A stretch of 64,000 bases of DNA from Escherichia coli. GTDB taxonomy: Bacteria; Pseudomonadota; Gammaproteobacteria; Enterobacterales; Enterobacteriaceae. A program made the translations under genes and the position numbers. The notes beneath the pieces were generated by a model. That model made no database searches, was not told where the DNA came from, and saw only the letters and a list, made by a program, of their open reading frames with translations. Shown piece by piece: positions 63,472-64,000 of the stretch; the first letter of the stretch is position 1; each line of letters begins with the position of its first letter. Location of the stretch: assembly GCF_030013595.1 (NCBI RefSeq), contig NZ_CP122768.1; one strand, 5' to 3'.

Positions 63472-64000
63472 ATGGCAACTGACTCAACACAATGTGTAAA
63501 AAAAAGCCGTGGCCGCCCAAAAGTGTTCGACAGGGATGCCGCGCTTGATAAGGCCATGAAATTGTTCTGGCAGCACGGTTATGAAGCGACTTCTCTTGCG
63601 GACCTCGTCGAAGCGACCGGAGCCAAAGCGCCCACGCTATACGCGGAATTTACCAACAAAGAGGGGTTATTTCGCGCCGTACTCGACCGCTATATCGATC
63701 GTTTTGCCGCTAAGCATGAAGCACAGCTGTTTTGTGAAGAGAAAAGCGTGGAGACTGCGCTGGCTGACTATTTTGCTGCCGTCGCCAACTGCTTTACCAG
63801 CAAAGACACCCCGGCTGGCTGCTTTATGATCAACAACTGCACCACCCTCTCCCCGGATTCCGGAGATATCGGCAATACGCTGAAATCACGCCATGCGATG
63901 CAAGAGCGCACTTTGCAGCAGTTTTTATGTCAACGACAAGCGCGCGGGGAAATCCCGACCCACTGTGACGTGACGCATCTGGCAGAATTCCTTAATTGTA
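63472..64000 (+). CDS. comR: TetR-family repressor ComR (YcfQ), 5' portion (runs off the window end)
   Basis: ATG at about 63472; N-terminal TetR HTH (RGRPKVFDRDAALDKAMKLFWQHGYEATSLADL); no stop before the window end. Confidence 0.75.
   Translation, partial: MATDSTQCVKKSRGRPKVFDRDAALDKAMKLFWQHGYEATSLADLVEATGAKAPTLYAEFTNKEGLFRAVLDRYIDRFAAKHEAQLFCEEKSVETALADYFAAVANCFTSKDTPAGCFMINNCTTLSPDSGDIGNTLKSRHAMQERTLQQFLCQRQARGEIPTHCDVTHLAEFLNC

Overview
This window is an E. coli-type chromosomal region (purB'–phoPQ–roxA–pepT–potAB on the left; potCD–ymfA–ycfZ–cobB–nagK–lolEDC–ycfT–mfd–ldtC–bhsA–comR' on the right) interrupted by a ~41.3 kb intact-looking prophage inserted at the 3' end of potB. The prophage is bounded by a 14-bp direct repeat (tgaataagaaggtg, ~7364-7377 and ~48665-48678), with the tyrosine integrase and excisionase next to the right end. 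It is a mosaic: lambda-like packaging and head genes (Nu1, A, W, B, C/Nu3, D, E homologues) joined to a P2-like contractile tail module (V-W-J-I-H-G-FI-FII-E/E'-T-U-X-D order) plus a second lambda Stf-like fibre and Tfa. It also carries a lysis cassette, four tandem phage tRNAs, a Q-like antiterminator, RusA, a nin/ead-like moron region, lambda O/P-like replication genes with internal iterons, and a divergent repressor/cro immunity region. The early-left arm has a Qin-like DicF/DicB/YdfD cell-division inhibition module. Items not on the ORF track that I read from the sequence: a 51-codon hok-family type I toxin gene, an 11-copy 9-bp tandem array, a DicF-like terminator-ended sRNA, a 19-bp perfect inverted repeat upstream of dicB, a predicted E/E' -1 frameshift site, and operator palindromes flanking the repressor. 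No single locus is provably a new system. The best candidates for undescribed function are the convergent moron pair beside the immunity region (42739-43671), the 820-aa multidomain exonuclease-like protein, the A-ending-codon tRNA set with one atypical anticodon loop, and the small ORFs between the lysis cassette and cos. All homology calls are from recall of protein families, not database searches, and hand-derived coordinates may be off by 1-3 bp.
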